Source of the DNA: Gammaproteobacteria bacterium
GTDB taxonomy: Bacteria; Pseudomonadota; Gammaproteobacteria; JBPCXB01
Length of the DNA stretch: 64,000 nt
Assembly: GCA_051008935.1 (NCBI GenBank)
Contig: JBPCXB010000211.1
Coordinates: 8,503-72,502 of the forward strand
Direction of reading: 5' to 3'
Below the pieces are notes generated by a model that had not been told where the DNA came from, searched no databases, and saw nothing but the letters and a program-made list of their open reading frames with translations. The translations under genes were made by a program, and so were the position numbers. Positions 1 through 8,162 of this stretch are shown here, one piece after another; the stretch's first letter is position 1; every line of letters starts with the position of its first letter.

Positions 1-836
1 TGACACAGAGTATTGCTGATCTTAACAAGCAGATGCTTCAGATGCAGCAGGTCAAAGAGCAGGCTCAAGTAGAAGATGCTGAATTGACTGCCAAGCTGTC
101 TGAATTGGCAAAGGCAATAGCAATACTTGAGGAGGAAGATGCGCGGCCGACTGCCCCAAAAGAGAAGCCAGTGCAGGAGCATTTGATTGGCCTCAGGGTC
201 GAGGGCAAACGTATTCTCATTATGCTGGATTACAGTGCATCCATGGCTGAAGAACGTCTGATTGATATTATCAGAACGAAGGTATCGAGTATTGCAGTTA
301 AAAGAGCCGCCAGCAAGTGGCAACGGACGTTGAAAATCGTGCATTGGATTCTGGACCGAGTGCCAGAGAACTCCAGCTATAGTGTCATGGCTTTCAACGA
401 TAAAGCGGCTTTTCTAGTGCGCCAAGAATGGATCCGAAAAGAGGACGAAAAACTCAGAATAGAAATGGATCGGGCCCTGGATGTGCTGCACCCTCATCAG
501 GCAACCAATCTGTATGCTGCATTGCAATTAGTGGCGAGCAGGCAGTCCATGCCGACAGATATCTATATCATCACTGATAGTCTGCCCACCATAGGCAAGA
601 GCCAGTCCAGAAAATGCCGGCTTAGGTCTGGAGCGCAAACAGTTTCCAGTAAGTGCCGGCAATCGATATTCAATAGTGCGGCTGCAGATTTTGCGCAAGC
701 GCGCAGAAATGTCCTGCCTCGAATCAATGCCGTGCTGTTGCCTATAGAAGGTGACGCACAGGCAGCTCCCTACTATTGGATGTGGGCTGCTAGTACAGGT
801 GGCACTATGATTGCTCCGGTGGCATCATGGCCATAG
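1..836 (+). CDS. vWA (von Willebrand factor A) domain protein with N-terminal coiled coil, 5'-truncated by window edge
   Basis: The frame is open from nt 3 (TQSIADLNKQ precedes the first Met at 33), so the gene begins upstream of the window. The N-terminus is Gln/Glu-rich. It is followed by a MIDAS-type DxSxS motif (ILIMLDYSASM) and later Thr (QATNLY) and Asp (YIITDSLP) positions typical of vWA folds. Confidence 0.6.
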   Translation, partial: TQSIADLNKQMLQMQQVKEQAQVEDAELTAKLSELAKAIAILEEEDARPTAPKEKPVQEHLIGLRVEGKRILIMLDYSASMAEERLIDIIRTKVSSIAVKRAASKWQRTLKIVHWILDRVPENSSYSVMAFNDKAAFLVRQEWIRKEDEKLRIEMDRALDVLHPHQATNLYAALQLVASRQSMPTDIYIITDSLPTIGKSQSRKCRLRSGAQTVSSKCRQSIFNSAAADFAQARRNVLPRINAVLLPIEGDAQAAPYYWMWAASTGGTMIAPVASWP

Positions 837-1771
837 TTCGTTCGCGCCGTAATATCAGCATTTTCAGTATGGCGTTGCTGGATGTTGTGTGCTGTGGGTT
901 TGGGGCTATGGTGCTGTTGGTGCTGTTGTCTAAGAACGATGTTGAAGGCGGTACAGTTGCACAAGACATGGAAAGTCAATTGCTGGAGCTCATAGCTGCA
1001 CGCAAACAGGTTGAGCAGTTGCAACAGAGCCAGCTAGAGCTACAGCAACAGGTGAATCAGCTACAGTCTGACGTCGCTCGGGCTCAGGAGGCTTTGCCTG
1101 ATCCGGAAGCGCTGGAACAGAAACAGCTGCATCTGGTTGATGCGCTGAGCAGGCTAGAGGATTTACAGGCGCGCAAGCAGCAGCGGCTCGAGCAAGAGCG
1201 ACTTGCGCAGGTGGTCAACGTGGGTGGTATTCCAGCAGAGAGCGATTATGTGGTTTTTGTTTTGGATACTTCGGGCAGTATGCAAGCGATATGGCAGCGC
1301 GTCCTTCAGGAAATTGAGCACATACTTGACATCCATCCTCAGGTCAAAGGTTTTCAGGTTCTTAGCGATAATGGTGCCTATTTGTTGCCGAAATATGCAA
1401 AGCGATGGATCCCAGATAGTCCCAGACACCGCCGGAGTATGTTTCAGCAGGCGCAAAACTGGACCAGTTTTTCCAACAGCAGCCCCGCTGAGGGTTTGGC
1501 TAAAGCTTTACAGGTGTATGCCAAAAATAATCGGCGATTATCTATTTATGTATTTGGCGATGACTATACGGGCGCATCTTTTGAGCAGGTATTGGAGCAG
1601 GTTGCACGGCAGAATCGAGCTTTTGGCACTTTGAAAAAACCCATAGCGCGTATACATGGTGTAGGGTTTTTGACCTCGTTGCAATCTGCCAGTAGTTTTG
1701 CAACGCTGATGCGAGAGATTGCACGGCAAAATGACGGTGCCTTTATCGGCATCGGTACTCAAGAACCATGA
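827..1771 (+). CDS. membrane-anchored coiled-coil vWA domain protein
   Basis: The ATG at 827 overlaps the upstream stop (834-836) by 10 nt. There is a single N-terminal TM helix with an embedded Asp (ISIFSMALLDVVCCGFGAMVLLVLL) and about 100 aa of Gln/Leu/Glu-rich coiled coil (QLLELIAARKQVEQLQQSQLELQQQVNQLQ). The vWA fold follows, with DxSxS (VVFVLDTSGSM), SNSSP and VFGDDY positions. Confidence 0.6.
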   Translation: MAIVRSRRNISIFSMALLDVVCCGFGAMVLLVLLSKNDVEGGTVAQDMESQLLELIAARKQVEQLQQSQLELQQQVNQLQSDVARAQEALPDPEALEQKQLHLVDALSRLEDLQARKQQRLEQERLAQVVNVGGIPAESDYVVFVLDTSGSMQAIWQRVLQEIEHILDIHPQVKGFQVLSDNGAYLLPKYAKRWIPDSPRHRRSMFQQAQNWTSFSNSSPAEGLAKALQVYAKNNRRLSIYVFGDDYTGASFEQVLEQVARQNRAFGTLKKPIARIHGVGFLTSLQSASSFATLMREIARQNDGAFIGIGTQEP

Positions 1772-2056
1772 GCATTGCCATGTGATTCACAACAGGTGAC
1801 TCTATGTGAGGCATGTAGGGTATGTAGGGCGGGGTTTCTAGACAGTAGCTCGCTAGATTTCGGGCTGGATGCAGTCGGTATCTGGTCGTAAAATGGGGGT
1901 GCAGAGGTTTAAAAAGGGATTGACGGCTCAAATGGCTTCAAGAGTTTGTTTGCCCTTAAGTATGCGGGCATGCGGGGCTGATCTTTGCACCTGTTTGCAT
2001 CATTTCTCGGCTTGTGCAAAACGGCGCAGGCCATTCAGTAAAGGGAGGAACAGATA

Positions 2057-2383
2057 ATGTTTACTAACGACAAGATTCTGCGTGCTTATCAGGTATACGT
2101 CTACGGTGCCTGTATTGTTGCGGTGATCGCCTTGGTTGTTTGTATACCTCTGGCTGTCTACAGCACGATCTCTATTTTTTTCCCCCAGTTGGTGATCGAC
2201 CCTGCTCTGTATTTGGACTATCTCGCTAATTCGGTATCTCAGACGCAGTATGAGAATGAGATCAAAATCTTGCAGTTCCGTGCCCAGCAAAGATTGGTGC
2301 CTCAGTCGATGGTGCTTCTAACTGCTTCAGTGATGTGGGTGGTCCACTTCAAGCTGGCTCGCAGAATTAACTCTGACGACTGA
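2057..2383 (+). CDS. small hypothetical membrane protein (two predicted TM helices)
   Basis: A strong SD (AAGGGAGG) sits about 7 nt upstream of the ATG. Hydrophobic stretches are VYVYGACIVAVIALVVCIPLAVY and MVLLTASVMWVVHF. I recognise no family. Confidence 0.4.
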   Translation: MFTNDKILRAYQVYVYGACIVAVIALVVCIPLAVYSTISIFFPQLVIDPALYLDYLANSVSQTQYENEIKILQFRAQQRLVPQSMVLLTASVMWVVHFKLARRINSDD

Positions 2384-2645
2384 GCAGGGGTTATTGCAGC
2401 GACCTGCAATGACTTGTAATGAAAGTTCAGAGAGTCGCTGTTACTGTGTTGTCTATTAGTCTGATTTTTGATCTGGCTTGTTCCGGACTATCTCGTGTTT
2501 AATAGCACGGAGTACGACGTCAATACTGTGTCGAATACCTCGTTGGATACTGCGAGCTTTGCCAGGGGCTGACAAGTACTGTTACAAGTGCTGTTTCGAG
2601 TAGGTTCGCTTGCAGATGACAACACCAATCTGGAGAAGAAATGCA

Positions 2646-3614
2646 ATGGAATATAGAGCTATAGGTCAGCGTCAGATCAGCGCTTTGACTTTAGGAGGGG
2701 CGGGGATCGCCGGCTCGTGGGGAGAACGCTCTGAGGCTGAAGCGGAACAGACAGTGCGCATGGCCTTTGATGCGGGCATCACCGCCTATGATGTGGCGCC
2801 TATGTATTCTAGGCGCGCAGCTGAGCGCATTATGGGGCGGGTCTTCAGTGCGCAAGAAAAATCGGGTTTGTTCGTGTCGAGCAAGTGTGGCCTTGGGGAT
2901 ATTGAGGGGAGCCAAGTCTATGACCAATTGCGTGCTTCGTTGCTCAAATCATTAGATTTGATGGGCATTGACCGGCTTAACTTATTTATCTACCATTCGA
3001 ACCTCAGGCTGGATACGACGCATTCTGCCTTTCGCCGCCAAGAACTAATGGCGCGTTTTGTGACTCCGCTGAGTACCTACTTCGACTTTATTGTTCCAGC
3101 CTTTGAGCGGTTGCAAAAAGAGGGGCTAATCGAGCATTGGGGTATTACTGGTAGCGGCGAGCAACAGGCTTTGATACAGGCTATTGAACATACAACCAAG
3201 CCTCACGCTGTGCAGGCTGTCATCAACGCCATGCATTCACCCGGCGGCTTGAACAACGTGCGTCCTGAATTTGACCCTGTAGCTATCTACAATGCTTGCC
3301 TGGATCAGGAGGTGGCGGTACTGGGGATTCGGGCAGTACAAGCCGGTGCATTGACTGCATCTATGGACAGGAATTTGCCAGAGGATGATCCAGATCTGGC
3401 TGATTTCAGACGGGCGGCGCCTTTTAGAGATTTGGCCGCAGAATGGGGGATGACCCCATCTGCTTTGGCGTACCAGTATGCCCTGAGCGTTCCGGATGTC
3501 AGCTCAGTGGTGTTGGGGGTGAAAAATCCAGCTGAGCTTCAGGAAAGCTTGGATGCTGAGCAAGCAAAGCGGCTGTCAGCTGAACAAATGCAGCAGATAG
3601 AGGCTTGTTTCTGA
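2646..3614 (+). CDS. aldo/keto reductase family oxidoreductase
   Basis: The AKR-like N-terminus MEYRAIGQRQISALTLGGAGIAG, the length and the pattern (DVAPMYS, HWGITGS) fit the family. The tracked ORF starts at TTG 2610. The internal ATG at 2646, preceded by GGAGAAG, matches the canonical AKR start better. Confidence 0.75.
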   Translation: MEYRAIGQRQISALTLGGAGIAGSWGERSEAEAEQTVRMAFDAGITAYDVAPMYSRRAAERIMGRVFSAQEKSGLFVSSKCGLGDIEGSQVYDQLRASLLKSLDLMGIDRLNLFIYHSNLRLDTTHSAFRRQELMARFVTPLSTYFDFIVPAFERLQKEGLIEHWGITGSGEQQALIQAIEHTTKPHAVQAVINAMHSPGGLNNVRPEFDPVAIYNACLDQEVAVLGIRAVQAGALTASMDRNLPEDDPDLADFRRAAPFRDLAAEWGMTPSALAYQYALSVPDVSSVVLGVKNPAELQESLDAEQAKRLSAEQMQQIEACF

Positions 3615-3675
3615 CGGGTTTGTTGTTTTTTCTTAAATACAATAGTGCGTGTGTGCGCAATCAAAAGGAGCCGTC

Positions 3676-4212
3676 GTGAAAGAAGAGCAGATCATATGGA
3701 GTGCTTCGCCTTCGCAGTGGACGCATGTATTGTTTTATATCTTGTGGCTTGGACTGGTTTGCGCGCCGCTGATAGGCTTCTGGTATCTGCACTATCAGGG
3801 CAATTCCCTCGAATTGACAGCCTTTCTGGAGGGGGTTCCTGATTGGGTGTTTTTGGGGGGGCAGATCCTGTCTTTGCTAGTGGCTACAGGTGGCTTGCTA
3901 GTGCGTTACATCCTGACTCGTCTGCACAGATATGAACTGAGTAATCAGCGTTTTATGGAGACTACTGGCATTTTGACTCGGGTTACCCAAGAGTTGGAGT
4001 TGTATCGCGTCAAAGATTATGAGGTGGTTCGCCCATTCCCTATGAACTTGCTTGGGCTCGGAAATATCACAATGGTGACTGCTGATGTCAGCGACCCTGA
4101 GGTGGTGGTCTATGCGATCTCTGACCCTTTAGGAGTCAAGGATCTATTGCGCCGCCATGTTGAACAGGAGCGAGAGACCAAAGGAGCGCGTCAAGTAGAT
4201 TATGTGAGTTGA
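3676..4212 (+). CDS. bacterial PH domain (bPH_2/YdbT-like) membrane protein
   Basis: Two TM helices are followed by YELSNQRFMETTGILTRVTQELELYRVKDYEVVRPFPMNLLGLGNITMVTAD, typical of membrane-flanked bPH_2 domains. The likely start is GTG 3676, 5 nt after AAAGGAG; the tracked start is 3649. Confidence 0.65.
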   Translation: MKEEQIIWSASPSQWTHVLFYILWLGLVCAPLIGFWYLHYQGNSLELTAFLEGVPDWVFLGGQILSLLVATGGLLVRYILTRLHRYELSNQRFMETTGILTRVTQELELYRVKDYEVVRPFPMNLLGLGNITMVTADVSDPEVVVYAISDPLGVKDLLRRHVEQERETKGARQVDYVS

Positions 4213-4262
4213 CGGATACAGTTGACTAAAATAATCTACAAGTTGGTATTTCGTGTAGTGGA

Positions 4263-4808
4263 ATGCGTTTTTTCTTATTGATGGTGACTATGACAATTGC
4301 AGGTGGTGCGGCTGATGCAGCTATAGTGGAGATGCAGACCAGCAAAGGGGATTTGCTGATTGAACTTGACGAGCGGTATGCCCCAGATACGGCGGCTAAT
4401 TTTTTGGAATATGTCGATGCCGGATTTTTTGATGGATTGATTTTTCACCGTGTCATTCCGGGATTTGTGATACAGGGTGGTGGCTTTTCGCCAGACATGC
4501 AGCAGAAGAAGACGCGCAACCCTATCGACTACGAGCACAATGAGTTGCGTAATCGGCATTACACCTTGTCTATGGCGCGTACATCAGACCCCCATTCTGC
4601 TACTAGCCAGTTCTTTATTAACCTGGCCGACAATGCTTTTTTAGACCCTAAAGGTCAGGCGCCGGGTTACGCAGTGTTCGGCAAGGTGGTCCAAGGCACT
4701 CAAGTAGTGGATGCGATTGCTCAGGTAGGCACCCACACAAAGGGAGGCCATCAGGACGTACCAATCGAGCCAATTACTATAGTAAAGGCTTTTCGCGTCG
4801 GTCGATAG
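4263..4808 (+). CDS. ppiA: periplasmic cyclophilin-type peptidyl-prolyl cis-trans isomerase
   Basis: There is a signal peptide (MRFFLLMVTMTIAGGAADA). Cyclophilin motifs are present: FHRVIPGFVIQGGG, YTLSMARTSDPHSATSQFFIN. Confidence 0.9.
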   Translation: MRFFLLMVTMTIAGGAADAAIVEMQTSKGDLLIELDERYAPDTAANFLEYVDAGFFDGLIFHRVIPGFVIQGGGFSPDMQQKKTRNPIDYEHNELRNRHYTLSMARTSDPHSATSQFFINLADNAFLDPKGQAPGYAVFGKVVQGTQVVDAIAQVGTHTKGGHQDVPIEPITIVKAFRVGR

Positions 4809-4895
4809 CTGATCCGTTGTCTGCTTGAATTTTTGAGCCTGTGCCCATATATCCTTGATATATGGGATATCGGTTTAGCTACGCATGCTGTATAA

Positions 4896-4924
4896 TTTAC
4901 CTTCTGACTCTAATTGTCTATAAT
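4896..4924 (+). promoter_or_regulatory. candidate sigma-70 promoter for the Sel1-repeat gene
   Basis: -35 TTTACC (4896-4901), a 17-nt spacer, then a perfect -10 TATAAT (4919-4924). This would give a 5' UTR of about 165 nt before the TTG start at 5098. Confidence 0.35.
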
Positions 4925-5097
4925 TCAATTAGAAAGGTTGTATTTCGCTCGGTATTTTGAGGTAGTTAGAAAAGTTGGTCCTGACCCTGATGGTTGAAAT
5001 CAGAACTTTTATGGTCGGGAAGTGACATGGTGAAGGCAGTTGCTGCGATGTTTCGCAGATACAGAGACTGACTTGAAGCATAAAAGAGGGTAAAGAT

Positions 5098-7755
5098 TTG
5101 AAATTAGCCAAGATTTTTTTATCGCTTGCTTTGCTTTTTATTGCAGCGCTATTTGGCTTGTCTGCTTATGCCAACAACTTGCAATCTGGCAGTGATGCCG
5201 CAAAAACAGGGGATTATCAAACAGCTTTTGCCGAATGGTTGCCGCTTGCAGAGCAAGGCAATCCGAATGCCCAGTATGGTTTGGGGGTTCTTTACCATTT
5301 CGGGCGGAGTGTCCCGGTTGATTATGCCAAAGCGCGTACTTGGTATCTAAAGGCGGCCAAACAGGGGCATTCAAATGCCAAGAATAATCTGGGGGTTCTT
5401 TACCACAGAGGGCTGGGAGTTGCTGTCGACCTAGATGAAGCCAGAAAATGGTTCCTCAGTTCAGCCAAACAGGAGAACGGACACGCGCAGAACAATTTGG
5501 CCAACCTGTATTACGATGGAGAAGGCGTACCCGTCAATTACAAAGAAGCCTTCAAGTGGTATGACCGTGCTGCTCAGCAGGGTAATGTATCGGCGCAGGG
5601 AAGTCTGGCCAATATGTATCGCGTTGGTTTAGGAGTCAATCAGGATTATACCGAGGCTTTTAGATGGTTCCGTTCGTCAGCTGAGCAAAACAATACGAAA
5701 GCACAGAACAGTCTGGGCGAGATGTACCGATCGGGTCAGGGCGTGCTTAAAGATTTTCAAGAAAGTGTTCGCTGGTTCCAATTAGGGGCAGACAACAACT
5801 ATGCGCCAGCTCAAAACAATCTGGGAGAAGCTTATACAGATGGGCAGGGGGTGTTGCAGGATTATGAGCAGGCGTTGCAATGGTTTAGATTGGCAGCAGA
5901 AAACGGCAATCTGGCCGCTCAGAACAATATAGGCGACCTTTATTACTATGGCCGTGGTGTTCTTCGTGATTATGCTGAAGCGATGCATTGGTATCGTCAG
6001 GCTGCCAAAGACGGCTATGCGCCAGCTGAAAGCAATATCGGCAAACTCTATCAGTTGGGGCGCAATGTCAAGAGGGACTATAAAACTGCTTTCGAGTGGT
6101 TTGTGCGCAGTTCTGAAAAAGGAGATCCAGCGGGGCAGTACCATCTGGGGTATTTGTATAGAAATGGTTTAGGTGTGCCTGAGGATGACGGCAAGGCTCT
6201 GCAATGGTTTGGGTCGAGTGCTAATCAGGGCTATACCCCAGCTCAATACAGCTTGGGCTTGATGTATCAGATCGGCCAAGGCACAGAGCAGGACCTAGCG
6301 GAGGCAGCTAAGTGGTATTTGTTGGCTGCAGAAAAAGGCAATGCAAATGCCCAGAATAACCTGGCCGTGCTCTATCAGAAGGGTGCCGGACTGGAACAGA
6401 ATTACGCTGAGGCCGTGAAATGGTATCAACTTGCAGCTGCAGAAGGTAATTTGGCGGCGCAACATAATCTGGGCAGGATGTATGAGCAAGGTTTAGGCGT
6501 TGAGCAAGATTTCTCGGAAGCGGTGCGCTGGTATCGTTTGGCGGCAAAAAGAAAGCACATTCCGGCGCAAGTGAGTCTGGGAGAGGCTTATTTCAAAGGT
6601 ATAGGCGTCGGTCAGGATTACCGGCAGGCAGCTAAATGGTATTTGTTGGCTGCAGAAAAAGGCCATGAAGATGCCGAAGTTGCCTTAGGCAAAATGTACG
6701 GGCAAGGGCTAGGTGTTGCGGTCAACACTAAAGTAGCTGAAAAATGGTATCGGTCAGCGGCGGAAAAGAATAATACAGAGGCGCAGAATCTGTTAGCTAG
6801 TTTGTACCAGAAAGGTGCAGGCGTTCCGCACAATGCAACAGAGGCGATTGATTGGTATAGACGGGCCGCCGAACAGGGAGACGCTGATGCACAGTACAGT
6901 CTGGGGCTGGAATATCTGAAAGGCGGTATTCTGGCAAGAGATGCGCAACAGGCACGCCGTTGGTTTGAGCGATCTGCCAAACAAGACAACCTGAATGCGC
7001 AATACCAGTTGGGGCGCCTCTATTCTTTGGGTCAAGGCGGTTCGCGCAATGTGACCGAAGCGATAGCTTGGTATGAGAAGGCAGCAGCACAGGGCCATTT
7101 AGAGGCTCAACTGCTGTTGGCAGAGATGTATTTTCTGGGCGGCAGCGGCGTGCGCCAGAATTATGAGAAAGCTGCTGAATGGTATCGCTATGTGGCGGCT
7201 CAGGGCAACAGTCAAGCGCAGGCGCGTCTAGGGGATCTGTACTACTCCGGATTAGGTGTAGCTCAAGATTATGCAGCAGCAGAGAACTGGTATCTTTTGG
7301 CTGCTGACCAGGGCAATCAGCATGCACAAAGTAGCCTGGGTGAAATGTACCACTACGGCATTGGCGTTCCGCAGAACTATGATGAAGCAGTGGTATGGTA
7401 TCGTTTGGCTGCTGAATTGGGAAATGCCGATGCTCAGAACAGCTTGGGAGTGATGTACCAGAATGGAGACAGTGTTAAGCAGGATTATGCAGAAGCTGTG
7501 AAATGGTACCTTCTGGCAGCCGAACAAGGCAATGGCGCTGCTCAATACAGTCTCGGCTTGATTTACCAGCAGGGGGTCGGTGTACTACAGGATTACATTT
7601 ACGCCTATATGTGGGGCAATCTGGCTGCAGCTAACGGCGATGAAGATGGACGCAGGCTCAGAGACGAGTTGGAGCAGCGTATGACCGCTGGTCAGATCGA
7701 AGAGGCGCAGAGGCTAGCCCGAGGCTGCCTAGATAAACAGTACAAGGGCTGCTAA
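5098..7755 (+). CDS. secreted Sel1-like repeat (SLR/TPR-like) protein, about 22-23 tandem repeats
   Basis: The start is TTG with AGAGGG upstream. There is a signal peptide (MKLAKIFLSLALLFIAALFGLSAYA). A 36-aa unit of the form A-Q-x-x-L-G-x-x-Y-x-x-G-x-G-V-x-x-D-x-x-x-A-x-x-W-[YF]-x-x-A-A then repeats across essentially the whole protein. The C-terminus is ...RGCLDKQYKGC. Confidence 0.9.
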   Translation: MKLAKIFLSLALLFIAALFGLSAYANNLQSGSDAAKTGDYQTAFAEWLPLAEQGNPNAQYGLGVLYHFGRSVPVDYAKARTWYLKAAKQGHSNAKNNLGVLYHRGLGVAVDLDEARKWFLSSAKQENGHAQNNLANLYYDGEGVPVNYKEAFKWYDRAAQQGNVSAQGSLANMYRVGLGVNQDYTEAFRWFRSSAEQNNTKAQNSLGEMYRSGQGVLKDFQESVRWFQLGADNNYAPAQNNLGEAYTDGQGVLQDYEQALQWFRLAAENGNLAAQNNIGDLYYYGRGVLRDYAEAMHWYRQAAKDGYAPAESNIGKLYQLGRNVKRDYKTAFEWFVRSSEKGDPAGQYHLGYLYRNGLGVPEDDGKALQWFGSSANQGYTPAQYSLGLMYQIGQGTEQDLAEAAKWYLLAAEKGNANAQNNLAVLYQKGAGLEQNYAEAVKWYQLAAAEGNLAAQHNLGRMYEQGLGVEQDFSEAVRWYRLAAKRKHIPAQVSLGEAYFKGIGVGQDYRQAAKWYLLAAEKGHEDAEVALGKMYGQGLGVAVNTKVAEKWYRSAAEKNNTEAQNLLASLYQKGAGVPHNATEAIDWYRRAAEQGDADAQYSLGLEYLKGGILARDAQQARRWFERSAKQDNLNAQYQLGRLYSLGQGGSRNVTEAIAWYEKAAAQGHLEAQLLLAEMYFLGGSGVRQNYEKAAEWYRYVAAQGNSQAQARLGDLYYSGLGVAQDYAAAENWYLLAADQGNQHAQSSLGEMYHYGIGVPQNYDEAVVWYRLAAELGNADAQNSLGVMYQNGDSVKQDYAEAVKWYLLAAEQGNGAAQYSLGLIYQQGVGVLQDYIYAYMWGNLAAANGDEDGRRLRDELEQRMTAGQIEEAQRLARGCLDKQYKGC
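5200..7640 (+). repeat. 108-bp periodic coding repeats (Sel1 units)
   Basis: Motifs such as GCxCAGAAxAAxCTGGG and AAxTGGTAT recur at the DNA level at about 108-bp spacing, mirroring the 36-aa protein repeat. Confidence 0.7.
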
Positions 7756-7770
7756 AAAAGCCCCGCTGAT

Positions 7771-7893
7771 TCAGCTTCCCGCTTTGGAATTCTTGATGAC
7801 CCGAAGTCCTTTTGTACCACTTGTAACACTTGTGCGCCCACATCCTTTAGTGATGGTATAGCCCCAGAAGCCCAGATTGAGATCGCGCAGAGG
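7771..7893 (-). pseudogene. in-frame 3' fragment (variant tail) of the small gene at 8163-8495
   Basis: The minus strand reads PLRDLNLGFWGYTITKGCGRTSVTSGTKGLRVIKNSKAGS* with no start codon. The full gene has the tail DLNLGIYGYTITKGRGRGTKGLRVIKNSKAGS*. Confidence 0.7.
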
Positions 7894-7960
7894 TTAGCTC
7901 GAGGCTGCCTGGATAAACAGTGATAAACAGTACAAGGGCTGCTAAAAAGGCCCTGCTGAT

Positions 7961-8095
7961 TCAGCTTCCAGATTTGGAATTCTTGATTACCCGAAGTCCT
8001 TTGGTAATACTTGTGCCACTTGTCCCACTTGTACTGCGCCCACATCCTTTAGTGATGGTATAGCCCCAGAGGCCCAGATTGAGATCGCGCAGAGG
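7961..8095 (-). pseudogene. second in-frame 3' fragment (variant tail) of the small gene at 8163-8495
   Basis: The minus strand reads PLRDLNLGLWGYTITKGCGRSTSGTSGTSITKGLRVIKNSKSGS* with no start codon. Its Thr/Ser/Gly insert is longer than in the first fragment. Confidence 0.7.
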
Positions 8096-8162
8096 TTAGC
8101 CAGAGGCTGCCTGGATAAACAGTGATAAACAGTACAAGGGCTGCTAAGAAGGCCTCGCTGAT

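Noticed and set aside
4844-4866. Hairpin CCCATATAT-ccttg-ATATATGGG after ppiA as an intrinsic terminator
   Set aside because: The inverted repeat is a perfect 9 bp, but the stem is AT-rich and not followed by a T-tract. It could be a protein-binding palindrome, but there is no supporting evidence.
5126-7545. Many 60-176 aa ORFs in alternative frames and antisense within the Sel1-repeat gene
   Set aside because: The periodic repeat DNA keeps several frames open by chance. None has a start context, and all are nested in a clearly coding frame.
7658-8045. Tracked minus-strand ORFs 7658-7843 and 7752-8045
   Set aside because: They read through the repeat units in a frame different from the genuine small-gene frame. 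They have no SD and are by-products of the duplication.
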